Shown one piece after another: positions 1-13,323 of a stretch of 64,000 nucleotides of DNA (the first letter of the stretch is position 1; the number at the start of each line of letters is the position of its first letter). This stretch comes from Octopus sinensis (lineage: Eukaryota). The DNA is taken from positions 68,758,001 through 68,822,000 of the forward strand of contig NC_043002.1 of the NCBI RefSeq assembly GCF_006345805.1, read 5' to 3'. Below the pieces are notes generated by a model. The model searched no databases, had not been told where the DNA came from, and was given only the letters and a program-made list of their open reading frames with translations. Both the position numbers and the translations under genes were made by a program.

Positions 1-901
1 TCAAACGTCTCTTGGAATTTTCACTGCCTTGGGTGGCCCTACCAGGAACTGAAGTTCCCAACGGCATAGCTCTGACACTGCCAGTTTACACCACCCTACC
101 ACCTTGAAGAGGGGTTGGACTTTTAGGGTACAGATGAATTACTAGTTTATAACAATTCAAATGATAAGAAAAATGGGGGAGTATATCTCATTGCAGAACA
201 AATATCAACAGGAACTAGATTTAGAAAACATTTGTTTATTTAATTTTCTTGCTAGATGTTTATATCCTTTACCAATATATGTCAGTGAAAGATACATACA
301 TGCATACACACATAAACGCATACATAGACACCAGTTCATACAACAAACCCATGCACACACAAACACATGCACTAGCACTCACATAAGCATGTGCTCACAT
401 AAGCTCTCTCTCTCTCTCTCACACATATAAACACACACAGGCAAACATGCACAAAAGCACACACACATGCATAAACACATATAAACATGCACTCATATAA
501 ATAGACACACACACACACAAATACACACGCATACTCTCACATATAAACACACACATGCACATGCAAACATGCACACACACAAACACAAGCATGAACACAC
601 ATAAACATTCTCTCACACAAGCACACACACACACACAACCGTCTGTGTCTACAACCTGGTATCATGTACCATGCTTTCACTAATTGTTTTAGGTGCCTGT
701 GTAGTCACAAGCAAACATAGGCTCTCTTGTCAGCTCTCCTAGCCTTGACCTAATGATGTAACATCCAGGATGTGACCGATGGAGGGTGAGGGGGCTGCAC
801 AAGTATTTAGCTGCAACTCATTTTCAGCTGAGTGGACCATGGCAATGTAAAATGCTCAAGAACATAATGCACTGCCTGGTCCAAGAATCGAACCCATGAC
901 T

Positions 902-934
<33 letters not shown>

Positions 935-965
935 CCTTTCTCTCTCTCTCTATTTCTCGATCTAA

Positions 966-1055
<90 letters not shown>

Positions 1056-1082
1056 CCTACCAATCTATCTATCTATCTACCA

Positions 1083-1149
<67 letters not shown>

Positions 1150-1180
1150 AATCTATCTCTTTCTCTCTCTCTCTCTCTCT
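902..1180. repeat. (TATC)n microsatellite with (TC)n tail
   Basis: Long near-perfect TATC run; accounts for the YLSI-repeat ORF. Confidence 0.97.
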
Positions 1181-1332
1181 AGCTGCCTGTCTGCCAGCCT
1201 GCTCATCAGTATATGTGTTTTGTATGTGTGTGTGCATGTGTGTGTAGTTTGTGTATATGTGTGTGCATGTTTGTGCATATGTATGTTGTGTGTGCGTGTG
1301 TGTGTGAGACAAATGTGTGTTTGTGGGCGGCA

Positions 1333-1446
1333 GTAAAGAATACACACACCACCTGTTTTTGGCGTAATCCTAAACCTAACCCCAAACCCTAACCCTGACC
1401 CTAACCCTAACCCTAACCCTAGACACCAGGTGTGTATATTCTTTAC
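1333..1446. repeat. Small inverted-repeat cassette enclosing telomere-type (CCCTAA)n repeats
   Basis: GTAAAGAATACACACACC...CCTG and CAGGTGTGTATATTCTTTAC are inverted repeats flanking about 9 CCCTAA/variant units at 1369-1422. Confidence 0.75.
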
Positions 1447-2129
1447 CTTTGCTATGTTTGTGTGTGTGCATTGTGCTTGCACACAGTATCTGTCTATCAA
1501 ATTCCACTTATAAAGCATTGGTCAACCCAAGGCAAAAGCTTGTTTTGCTCAAGGTCCTACACAAAGGGATCAAATACCCAACCCATTTGGTCACAATGTG
1601 ACTGTCTTAACTACTTAACTATGGCTGCACCTATAAAGTAGCTTTGCTACTTTTTGTTAAAAAAATGAGGATCCTGTTGTGGAACAAAGTCTAGATGACA
1701 GGTGTTGACTGAAAGAACCAGTTACACTACTGCCTTTCACACTATCTGAATAACTTCACTTTACTTTATAACATTATTTTGTACTCTGTGCTTTGTGTGT
1801 GTGAGTGCATGTGTGTGTGTGTGTGTACTCTTATGAGTTTTACTTTTCCTTCTAATTACATCTCACACCATTGTTAGTGCTTGAGATTTTATTTTATTTA
1901 TTTATTTATTTATTTATTCTTGTATTTCTTATAAAACACTTGAACTTAGTGTCCTGTCTTTCTTATCACCAGACTAAGATTGTTCTGATACCAAGCCTAA
2001 AAATGATTTGAAAGAGTAAGCAATTTCATGGAAAAGTTAAATAAGGAGAGAAACAAGATTGAATGAAAAATGTTACCTTTAGAAAAATTTTTTAATGTAT
2101 CATATAGATGTAATTTTCGATGCTGAATC

Positions 2130-2471
2130 CAGATTTGTTGTGTGTACTCCATCCCATGCAGCTGTGATAGGTTATACAAAGGTAAAACATGCCGACCCCT
2201 CAAAATAAGGGTAGACGAACATCGTAAAGCTGTGACACGAGGAGATATTGATAAATTGGGTATAGTTGATTGTGTATGGATAAATGGAGACCACCTCCAT
2301 TTGTGGGATGAAGTTAAAATAATAGACAGATAACACCACTGGAAAATATGAAAACTAAAAGAAGCAGCACATATGCTAGGGCACAACAATCTCCTAAGCA
2401 GACCGAGTGCAGATATGAACAGCATATGGGAACTGGTATTAAGGAAGGATAGGAAAATATTAGATTTATAA
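2130..2471 (+). mobile_element. Penelope-like element, degenerate GIY-YIG endonuclease C-terminus
   Basis: VYSIPCSCDRLYKGKTCRPLKIRVDEHRKAVTRG...WDEVKIIDR*HHWKI*KLKEAAHMLGHNNLLSRPS matches the PLE GIY-YIG pattern VYxIPCxC..Y.G.T.R.L..R..EH. Two in-frame stops. Confidence 0.88.
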
Positions 2472-2644
2472 GCCCTAAAATTCACTCCATAATTGCCCAT
2501 GGGCATATGGTATAGTGGTTGAGAGCGCGGGCTACTAACCTCAAGATTCCGAGTTTAATTCCAAGCAGTGACCTAAATAATAATAATAATAATAACATTG
2601 AAAAATACCTTAGGAATTAGAACTCAGGTTCGAAATTTCCCCAA

Positions 2645-2690
2645 GACACCTGATGAAGGCTGCGGGATATATCAACCGAAACGTTGTGTT
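2645..2690 (+). ncRNA. Minimal type I hammerhead ribozyme motif (Penelope pLTR type)
   Basis: gacac-CTGATGA-a-ggctg(loop)caacc-GAAA-CGT-T-gtgtt. Stem I gacac/gtgtt, stem II with one mismatch, palindromic ACGT stem III. Confidence 0.75.
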
Positions 2691-2715
2691 AACAATAAGC
2701 AAGATGAGGACAAAT

Positions 2716-3113
2716 ACTCTTTCTTTACTCTTTTACTTGTTTCAGTCATTTGACTGTGGCCATGCTGGAGCACCACCTTTAGTCGAGCAAATTGACCCCA
2801 GGACTTATTCTTTGTAAGCCTAGTACTTATTCTATCGGTCTGTTTTGCTGAACCGATAAGTTACAGGCTCGTAAACACACCAGCATTGGTTGTCAAGTGA
2901 TGTTGAGGGGACAAACACAGACACATATGTATATACATATACATATATACGATGGGCTTCTTTCAGTTTCTGTCTACCAAATCCACTCACAAGGCTTTGG
3001 TCGGCCCGAGGCTATAGTAGAAGACACTTGCCCAAGGTGCTACGCAGTGGGACTGAACCCGGAACCACGTGGTTCGTAAGGAAGCTACTTACCACACAAC
3101 CATTCCTGCACCT
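2716..3113 (-). mobile_element. SINE family A (tRNA-like head, internal TA/TG microsatellite, AAAAGAGT tail)
   Basis: Family motifs such as TGGTAAGTAGCTTGCTTAC...GGTTCAGTCCCACTGCGTGGCACCTTGGGCAAGTGTC and CAGTCAAATGACTGAAACAAGTAAAAGAGT. At least 15 copies in the window. Confidence 0.9.
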
Positions 3114-3669
3114 ATATTCATCAAATGTGAATAATGTTATTCATTTATTCCAGAAAAATTTTATTTTAAATTAACGATCTTATCCCTATTTATATAAATT
3201 TTAATTTATTTCGTCAGTATATTTACTGCGGTGATATTTTACCGTATAGCACATGGAATTAGCGGGTATTTTGAACTAGCCTTGATGCATACGTGCATAT
3301 ATATGCATGTATACATTCGTATATGTAAGTATTCGCATGTTGTATTTATATATATATGTATTTATGTTTCTTTCTGAGTGTATTCTACTGACAAGGCAAA
3401 GCATTTCTAAATACAAAATCAGAAATCTGTGATCTAGAATTATCCAGTAATTTTTTACTAGTTTCATCTTATCTCTTTGCTTTTCTCCATGTTGCTGTAT
3501 GAAAACTTAAGGTGGTTTTAGAGTCAGTTCATGGCTGTTATTTTCAGTATGGTGGTATCTTGTAGATACACTAATTTATAATTTTAATAATTATTACCTT
3601 TGAATGTTATTCTTTCCATGCTGACCACTTGATAAGTTTATTGTTTTATTTTAAATTAATGATCTTATT

Positions 3670-3713
<44 letters not shown>

Positions 3714-6224
3714 CATATATACGACGGGCTTCTTTCAGTTTCTGTCTACTAAATCTACTCACAAGGCTTTGGTTGGCCCGAGGCTATAGTAGAAGACACT
3801 TGCCCAAGGTGCCATGCAGTGGGAATGAACCCAGAACCATGTGGTTGGTAAGCAAGCTACTTACCACACTGCCACTCCTGGCCTCTATAGATTTTCTAGA
3901 AAATTCAGAGCCAGAACTGCGACTTATGATGTTTACATAGATGTATTTGTTTAGGAAACACCATAACTTGCTGTACTGGTCCTGAATTCAATAGGAAATC
4001 TATAGAGATAAACTTACAATTGAAAATATTGCCCTGCTAATACAAGGTAAGACACAAAATTGACTTGAAAACCTGTAACATACTGGGGAGCATATTGAGG
4101 TTGCAAAACGGAATACACCTTATCAACAATTGATTCTCAAAGTGGTTCCTCGACAGAGACTCAGTCCAATAACTGAATTTAGAAAAAACATTTGATCGTA
4201 CCATTATTTAAATTAATGTCAATATTAATTAGCTAATAATATGGATAATATAATAATGCTATTGATATAGTGTGGCTGAATGATGAAGAAGTTCACTTTG
4301 CAACCATGAGGTATAGTGTTCGACCCTACAGTATGTCATCTTTGGCAAGCATCTTTCACCATGGTCTGAGATAAACCAAAATGTTGTGAGTAAAATCAAA
4401 CAGACAGTAGCAACATGGAAGCTTGTTTGATCCATTGTAACTATAATTCAAAGATTCAAGCTTGTCATACATCACACTGGTTCCACTGGTGAATTATGTT
4501 AAGGCCACACACATCTGTGGAATACTCAACTACTCAGACAGTACCTCAATGAGCAAGTAGTTCAGTTGATTGAATAACTGAATAGTCATATTTGAAACCA
4601 ATGAAGGTCCAATTACTTTTACTTTTCGAACAAATAATATGAATTTCCTTTGATTAGGTACAAGACCAATTTTTACAGAAGACAGTTTTTTATATATAGA
4701 AACAATCAGATTGTTACTAGATTCTTATTGGTATTCATTTTCTGGAAAGCGGGTAGGCATCCAAGTATGTGGGTATCTTGGAAATACTTCATGGAGTTTC
4801 AACTGTGCCTGGCATAGTTACAAGCTTCACTTTGGCAAGGCACAGCTACTCTGCCAGGGATATGGTGAAATCATGGGACTGTTGCAGAATGGACTGTGGA
4901 AAGACTGGAAGAGCTCAATTGAGCCAATGGTGCTTCTTACATTGATGCTGAGCAGATAAATCCCAGAGGATCAACAGACAGGATCACTAAACTCTATCAA
5001 GAGAGTAACTGTAATGTATCCATAGGGACAATGTCCATGGTTGTGTAATCAGCTAATGAAATATTCATTATGACTCAAGCTCCCTTTCCAAATAGGAATA
5101 ACAGAATGGGGTGACAAATGAAAGCCACTGGAATCTGTGGGAGCAGCGTGACCAAATAGCCCTCCACCTGTTAAATTTAGACTCTGAATATCTTCTTTGC
5201 TCTACACCACATTGCTCATGGAAAGCACATGTCTTTCACTTTCTTGGTTATGGTCTTGGGTCAGTTGCATAGTTTGGCAGTCCAGGTGCAGATGAGGTAT
5301 AGTGAGCTCGTCCATCGTTTGACAAGTCTTGCTTTTTAGTCACACAGAGTATCTACAATATTTTCTTCACCTGGCAAGCCAGGTGGGAGAGCAGGTTTAG
5401 TCACTGACCACCCAACCATGGAAGTAGTTCTCAGAATATTGAAAGACAAAGGCATGGCTGGATGGTGAAGAAGTTTGCTTCCTAACTATGGGTTCAGTTA
5501 CACTGTGCCACTTTGAGCAAGTGTCTTCTACTGTTATAGCCCTGGGCTATTATTATAGCCCAGGGCTATAATAGGCCTGTTGTAAGTGGATTTGGTAGAT
5601 GAAAACTAAAAGAAGCCTACTGCATATGTGTGTGTGTGTGTGTATGGCACATAAAAAGCACCATCCAAAACTTGCCAATGTCAGTGCTGCCTTGACTGGT
5701 GTCCGTGCCGGTAGCACATAAAAAGCACCAACCGATCGTGGATGTTACCATCGTTACTAGTGAAAACACTGATAACGATGACAATGTTGGCAACAACAGT
5801 GATGTTGATGATGACAAAGACGATGATGATGATGACGATGATGATGACGATAATGACGATGAAGAATTAAGTTAAATCTAATAAAACACTTCATCTGGTA
5901 CTCTTCCATTTTCACCAATTTACTTCTTCACTAAATAGCTTGTGATGGTAGAGATATTATGATAATTTAAGTATATTTATAATCATATATATTCTATGTG
6001 TGTATCTCTTCCCTCACCTAATAAACTCACAAGTGAAAGAGGGGAGCATCTATTTGATAGAAATAGCTGCAGTACTTTCCTCAAATCGCATCCTACCATC
6101 TTAGCAAAGCATTGGACACACTGAACAAAGAAAGGATTGCAGGTATGTTTGATCAGGGGCGACCCGGGGTTAAAGAACAACACCAACAGCAGTTGAATTC
6201 ATGTTAGTTGGGTAGAATAAGGAG

Positions 6225-6420
6225 GGGAGGAGGGGGATGAAGAGAATGAGGAGGAGGAGGAGAAGAAGAAGAAAAGGGGGGAGGGGAGGAGGAGGAAGAG
6301 GGGGAGGAGGAGAAGAAGAAGGACAAGGAGGAGGAGGAGGAGGAGAAGAAGAAGAAGAAGAAGAAGAAGAAGGTGGTGGTGGTGGTGGTGGTGGTGGTGG
6401 TGGTGGTGTTGGTGGTGTAT
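6225..6420. repeat. Compound (GGA)/(GAA)/(GGT) triplet array
   Basis: Directly visible; source of poly-H/L/G/E pseudo-ORFs. Confidence 0.95.
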
Positions 6421-7067
6421 GGTGATGCTTACCCTGTTGATACTTTGATATATCTGCATCAGTTTGGAGAATAATTGAGAAGAATTTTTATGCCAATGTC
6501 TTGCTAAACTGCCATACTTGTGGTGTTGCTATACATCTGTCTGTTCTCAGCTGTCATAAGCAGGTTTAATACATGTTTGTTGCTAAACAGCAGGTTATAA
6601 AAATAAATAGATGGTTGCAACTGATAAGGATGAAAATAATCACAGTTCCTATTAAAAATCGTTGCCTATAAAGCATTTTTTCTCCATTTTGTTTTTAAAT
6701 CAGAAAAATTTTGAATTATACAAATCATTAAATTTTGATGTTATTCATTATAAATTACAATTTATTTTATTCATTTATTTGTTTGTTTATTGTTTACAAT
6801 TAAAATTTTCTGTTTAGAATTGTAAAAAGAGAAAAATATGCTCTTGGTTCCATAATTTAATTTGCTACTTCTATTAAATCTTATTTGCTTCAATCTCTCA
6901 TTATATTATAAAAAGAATATAATAATATTGATTTTTTACATAAACACAAACTCATATGAATGCACCCATTTATAATACAAGTATTATTTCATTGTCCCAG
7001 GAAAGATTAAAGGTAAATTTGACCATGACAGATTTGAACTAGGAACTGAAAGGGATAAAATTATATA

Positions 7068-7538
7068 CAGGTCATTGTCAACTTATGACCTATCCAACTT
7101 ATGACCAATCGACTTTATGACGATTGGTGTGCCAGCTCCTGGCAACAATAATAAATAGTCCAGCTGAAATCAAATGGGTTTAATTTATTAGAAATTAACC
7201 CATCTATGGATGATGTCAGCTAACAAACGCTTCCCCTAGGTTTGGTTATCGATTGCCACTGTGGTTATCCTGAGTGTTGGATGAATAACCTGTCGAGGAG
7301 ACATTAAAGCGACCTCGTATTTGTTTAAAAGACGACTGTTTGAAACTCCAAAATTTTTGACTGACACCAGTATAATAGTACAATACAGAATGCTGTGTGT
7401 GATTTTTACCTGAGAATGTACCTTAAGAATGTAAAAATATAAAACAAATCTACGTAGGCCTATAGGCCGACTTACGACCAAATCAGCTTATGACCAGTCA
7501 GTCAGAACCAATTGTAGTCATAAGTCGACAATGACCTG
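7068..7538. mobile_element. Tc1/mariner-pogo (Tigger-like) MITE, 471 bp
   Basis: TA|CAGGTCATTGTCAACTTATGAC ... GTCATAAGTCGACAATGACCTG|TA: 22-bp TIRs with a TA TSD and subterminal ACTTATGAC repeats. Confidence 0.9.
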
Positions 7539-7929
7539 TACTGTAAGATATCTAATATAATGCTCTATCAGTTTTGATTTTAATATATATAGCCTTTAGG
7601 GCAACAAAAACTAGCAAAATAATTAGCATTCTGGGCAAAGTGCTTAGTACCATTTTGCTCTTCTTTATGTTCTGAGTTCAAATTCTACCAAAGTCTACTT
7701 GGCCTTTTATCCTTTCAGGGTTAATAAAATAATACCAGTTGAGCACAGGGGTTGATGTAATCGACTCCTCCCATTCCCTGAATTTGCTGGTCTTTTGCTA
7801 AAATTTGAAACCAATATATATGCCTTTGTTAAGAAGACATAAGTCCTGTTATTTTTAGGAAAAGTGCTATGGAGTTTGTGGCACCTTAAACCCTTTTTCT
7901 TTCCGTATTTCTGTTGGGGCACATAAAAA

Positions 7930-8520
7930 TATAGATACTGAAATCTTGAGAGGAATAAATTCAGGATGGAAGGCATTCGTCTCAATAAAAGATATGCTCA
8001 GAGCAAATCTGGACAAGACCTACATGCCAGCCTCTTCAATAGCATTGTCCTACCTGTGCTCTTACGTAAGTGAGACATGGGCTACTGTGAAGAGGGAAGG
8101 ACATCAAATGGCTATAACACAAAAGACCATGGAAAGATCCATGCTAGAAATGTTATTGCAAGGGCATCTGTGAAATGAAGTGATTTGAGAATGAATCAAA
8201 TTGAATGATGTAATTACAGAATACAAAAAGCACTACACCAATCATACTGCAAAGTTCACAGACAACAGGACTCATCCAGTTACCAAGTGGTGTCCAAGAG
8301 ATTGGAAAAAATCACTCAGAAGGCCACCACAATGATGGGATGACAATTTATTAAAACAATTTGGGCCAAGATTGGAATGAATGGCACAATCAAGAAAAAA
8401 TTGGAGGAACATGGTGACAAGCAGCATATAACAGCATCCAATAGTCTGGTTGTTTTAGGTGATACAGATGATTTCTGTTGAAATACTCTCTTTGTTTTAT
8501 TGTTGTTTGTTCCATCTTGA
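7930..8520 (+). mobile_element. RTE-clade LINE, degenerate RT C-terminal fragment
   Basis: RGINSGWKAF..IKD...SETWATVKRE...TQKTMERSML...RPPQ*W matches the RTE ORF2 C-terminus. Frameshifted. Confidence 0.8.
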
Positions 8521-9091
8521 GCCATGCCTAGCTCATAAGGGTTGTTTTCCCGGTTTCAATAGCATATAGGTTCCCCACCTAGACGGGATGCTGGTCCATC
8601 ACAGGTGAGCTGCTAGATGCAGGAGGAAAGAGTGAGAGAAAGTTGTGGCAAAAGAGTCAGCAGAGGTTCACCATAACCTTCTGCTGGAGCCATGTGGAGC
8701 TTAGGTTTTTCATTCATAAACACATACATCACCCGGTCTGAGATTCGAACCTGCTATCCCTCGACTGTGAGCCTGCTGCTCTAACCACTAGGGCATGTGC
8801 CTCCTTTGTTTTATAGAATTTTGGAAATAATGAAGAATTTAGTTAAAGAACCTTGCCATTATTAAGTTATTTGAAATGTAAATTAACAAGAAATTTGGAT
8901 AGAAGATTTTAATTTAGATCATTTTAAAACAAGAAGTTTGTATCTCAGAACCAGGGTTGGTGTCAAAAAGGTTAAAATAGATGTGAATAAAATGTGATAG
9001 CTGCAGCTGGGAATTGAAACTGCATTGTGGCTTTAGATAGCAATAACATCTTGCTTAATAATTATTGCCAATTCTCTTATAAATTTATTAA

Positions 9092-9470
9092 TACTCTTTT
9101 ACTTGTTTCAGTCATTTGACTGTGGCCATGCTGGAGCACTGCCTTTAGTCGAGCAAATCGACCCCAGGACTTATTCTTTGTAAGCCTAGCACTTATTCTA
9201 TCATTCTCTTTTGCCGAACCGCTAAGTTACGGGGACGTAAACACACCAGCATCGGTTGTCAAGCGATGCTGGGGGGACAAACACAGACACACACATACAT
9301 ATATATGACAGGCTTCTTTCAGTTTCTGTCTACCAAATCCACTCACAAGGCTTTGGTCAGCCTGAGGCTATAGTAGAAGACACTTGCACGAGGTGCCACA
9401 CAGTGGGACTGAACCCGGAACCATGTGGTTCATAAGCAAGCTACTTACCACACAGCTGCTCATACGCCTA
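9092..9470 (-). mobile_element. SINE family A
   Basis: Full-length copy with the same motifs. Confidence 0.9.
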
Positions 9471-9759
9471 TACTCAATATATTTGCTTAATCTAATAAAA
9501 AATATAAGGTTGTGCCAACTAGAAGTTTTGGAAATCATGATTTTTACAAAAACATCAAATAAACTTGTCCCATCCAGAAATGTCTTAGCCATTTTAAATG
9601 CAGTAGAGACTAGGAAGGAAACCTCACAAAATAGAATCAAGTGTCTTGCATAAGATCACAATCTACTTTATATGATAATATATGAATCATGACAAATCCT
9701 CCAGCCCTTACGAGCTTGGAAAACAGACATAAAATTGATGGCAACGACAATGGTGAATA

Positions 9760-9980
9760 TAATGACGGTGGTGATAATGATGATGATGACGACGACGACA
9801 ACGACGATGACAACGATGACAATGACAATAATGATGATGCCTATGATGATGATAATGATGAAAGTGATGATGATGATGAGGAGGAGGAAGATGATAATGA
9901 TGATGTGTCAATGGTGGTTGCGATGGTGGTGGCAAAAGTAGAGGCAGTGGTGATGATGGTGATGATGATGATGTGATGGT
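9760..9980. repeat. (GAT)/(GAC)/(GGT) triplet array
   Basis: Directly visible; source of the poly-D/M ORFs. Confidence 0.95.
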
Positions 9981-10516
9981 GATCTTAACATCAAAGCGGA
10001 TGAGGATAATGACATGTAGGATATAAATATCAGCCAGAAAACAAGCAAAAGAAAAATGATGCTTTGTGATGAAAGTCCCTAGTGACATTTGTTCTGCATC
10101 GAATTATAAGCAGCTCTTTCATCGTTCTTACTGTGAGAAATGCAGTGAACCCATGACTGGCCTATCAGGAACCAATGCCACCATTGTTTACCAATTGGGG
10201 TTTTAAAAGATACAAACAAAACAACACACAAAATTCTGGTGATGTTTGCTATCTTAAATTACATTTACAAACTGGTAAATTCCATTGTTTCTACAGTGAT
10301 GTGGAAGAGAATATCTTGTATTCTATAATAAAAGACAATTGTAGTACAAATAACATTGCTCTTTATTTTGTTTATAATCTTTTTCATATCAAAGAGCAGT
10401 GTCAATATGACCTTTTGATAAAAAAGGCCACATTCCTAAAAAACAAGATACAGAAATTCACAAACCGTTTACTTTAATTAATGGATAATCTTGAGCCAAT
10501 GAAGATTACTCTATAT

Positions 10517-10849
10517 CAGGAGTTCTCAAATGGGGTCCATATGGTCCCTTAGGGCCCATATAAGATTTTTGGGGGTCCACGCAACAAAATAGTAAATTGG
10601 GTATACTCCTTTACTTTTATTCTTTTACTTGTTTCAGTCATTTGACTGTGGCCATGCTGGAGCACCGCCTTTAGTTGAGCAAATCGACCCCAGGATTTAT
10701 TCTTTGTAAGCTTAGTACTTATTCTATCGGTCTCGTTTGCTGAATCGCTAAGTTTCAGGGACGTAAACACACCAGTATCGGTTGTCAAGCAATGTTGGGG
10801 GGACAAACATGGACACACAAACATATACACACATGTACATATATATATG

Positions 10850-10895
<46 letters not shown>

Positions 10896-11360
10896 ATATA
10901 TTATATATATATATATATATACACACATACATATATACGACGGGCTCCTTTCAGTTTCCGTCTACCAAATCCACTCACAAAGGCTTTGGTCGGCCTGAGG
11001 CTATAGTAGAAAACACTTGTCCAAGGTGCCACGCAGTGGGACTGAACCATGTGGTTGGTAAGCAAGCTACTTACACACAGCCACTCCCACGCCTATTATC
11101 CACAATAATATTTTGAAGGCCCCTGAAAAAATGTTATTTCAGATATATGTATTGGTATGTATTGCAAGAAACAGCTAAGTTTCCTTCTCTAACATTTTAC
11201 ATTGTTCAGCCTACACAAGTGTATGTGTGAAAAACAAAATAGGAATTTCGAAAGAAGTTTCTATAAAACTAGTTTTTAAACATCAAATGGCTATGGGGGT
11301 CCACCAGAATAAAATAGTAATCAAAGGGGTCCATAGAGAATAAATGGTTGAGAACCCGTG
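10517..11360. mobile_element. hAT-superfamily (Charlie-like) MITE with a perfect 8-bp TSD
   Basis: CTCTATAT|CAGGAGTTCTCAA ... TTGAGAACCCGTG|CTCTATAT. Confidence 0.9.
10606..11095 (-). mobile_element. SINE family A nested in a hAT MITE
   Basis: Full-length copy interrupting the 10517-11360 element. Confidence 0.9.
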
Positions 11361-11837
11361 CTCTATATAGTTGCTTGACTTGCTAGAAATAGTAGCCAAA
11401 TCTTCCTAGAGTTTTAACCCTTTTATCTTAAACCATGTGATACACAGGACATATTTCCCTAGTGGCCATGCAAAATATATGATACACAGTCCCAATTATT
11501 TTTAAGCATCAGAGTAATTTGGGATTTATGAAAGGAAAGCTTTATATTATTCTGAACCTATGAAACAAGGGCTTAACCAAAAGTCTGAAAACAAGCATGG
11601 ATGTTCAGGACAAACTTACGAAAATGCTTTGGACAAGCAAAGGGTTAGAAAAATAGGAGGGACTTATTGTCTAATGCTGTGCCCCTGAATAGACTATGTC
11701 AGAATGAAAGACAAACTAATCATGGCCTGGAATACCTTGGATCATAGGCTTGTATACTCAGGGATAACCTAGGGTTGTACAACTTGAACAAATTTAAAAG
11801 CATTTTCCGGAAACGTTTATATATATATATATATATA

Positions 11838-12222
11838 GACGCTGGTGTAGTTGTGTGGTAAAAAGTTTGCTTCTCAACCACATGGTTCTGAGTTCAGTCG
11901 CACTATGTGGCACCTTGGGCAAATGTCTTCTAGTGTAGCCTCTAGCAAATCAAAGCCTTGCAAGTGGATTTGGTGGATGGAAACTGACAGAAGCCTGTCG
12001 GTGTGTCTTTGTGCCTGTGTTTGTCCCCTACTACCACTTGACAACTGGTGTTGGTATGTTTACATCCCCATAACCTAGTAGTTTGGCAAAAGAGACCAAT
12101 ACGATAAGTACTTGGGTTAAAAATATAAGCACTGAGGTTGATTTGTTCAACCAAAATTCTTCAAAGCCGTGCCCCAGGATGGCCGCATTCTAATGAGTGA
12201 AAGAAGCAAAAGATAAAAGATA
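11838..12222 (+). mobile_element. SINE family A (older copy)
   Basis: Diverged head and tail motifs. Confidence 0.8.
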
Positions 12223-12946
12223 GTAACAAGACTTCTTACAAAATACAAAACAAAAAAGAAAAATGTAATGCTCTTCAATGTGACCTCCAAATGTCTTACT
12301 CCATTAATGTATTAAAATATGCAATCCACATTGATTTATGGTCCATCACCTCAAAAACCTATCATATCAGCCAGAATTATTTGATACAAATGGAATTATA
12401 TTTTCTTCTCTCTTCACAGCAGTGCTATCCTTGTTTCTGATACTCAGCAGTGGTAGAATTTTATAGTATGAGAAAATGGATGTTACATGACAATGATGAT
12501 GACAGCTTTTTTATCTCATAGAATCCCAGAAAATTTTCACAGAACTTTGAGGGAGCCTTGAAATCACCCACTTTGTGAAACATTGGTCTATACAGGAATA
12601 ATAATTGAACAATAACATAATTTGATTAGCTCTAATTGCTTTCTTTGTCATTCACTTGTTACAATCCAATATTTTTTATTGCATGCTCTAAGTATTATTA
12701 ATATCACTATTACTCTATAAGAAATTCATAACAGCCATAACATAAGCTAATAAATGTAAATCTCTAAGTGAATATTGTTCTTTTGGTGTTCCAGTCTTGA
12801 ACTCTTATATTAATAATACTGCAGTTTTTTCAAATTAACTGCTGACCTCAGTTCTTGAAAAACAGATTTACACATTATTTATATTGAGATTTCCTGAAGT
12901 ACTTCATGCAAAATATTTGAATATGATTAATATATATAGTTATATA

Positions 12947-13323
12947 GGCTTAGGAGTGGCTGTGTGGTAAGTAGCTTGCTTACCAACCACATGGTTTCGG
13001 GTTCAGTCCCACTGTGTGGCACCTTGGGCAAGTGTCTATTATAGCCTCGGGCCAACCAAAGCCTTGTGAGTTGATTTGGTAGACGGAAACTGAAAGAAGC
13101 CCATTGTATATATATGTATGTGTGTGTATATGTTTGTGTGTCTGTGCTTGACAACTGATGATGGTTTGTTTACATCCCTGTAACTTAGCAGTTTGGCAAA
13201 AGGGACCGATAGAATAAGTACTAAGCTTACAAAGAATAAGCCCTGGGGTTGATTTGTTCGACTAAGGCAGTGCTCCAGCATGCCAACAGTTAAATTATTG
13301 AAACAAGTAAAATAGTAAAAGAG
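12947..13323 (+). mobile_element. SINE family A
   Basis: Full-length copy. Confidence 0.9.

Noticed and set aside
2503-2575. Functional tRNA gene
   Set aside because: It has A/B-box-like motifs but no complete cloverleaf or acceptor stem, and no poly-T terminator. It is a repeat-associated tRNA-derived head, as are the other SINE heads.
4700-5400. Possible LINE-derived coding remnant
   Set aside because: GC-richer than the flanks, but no frame gave a motif I could confidently assign.
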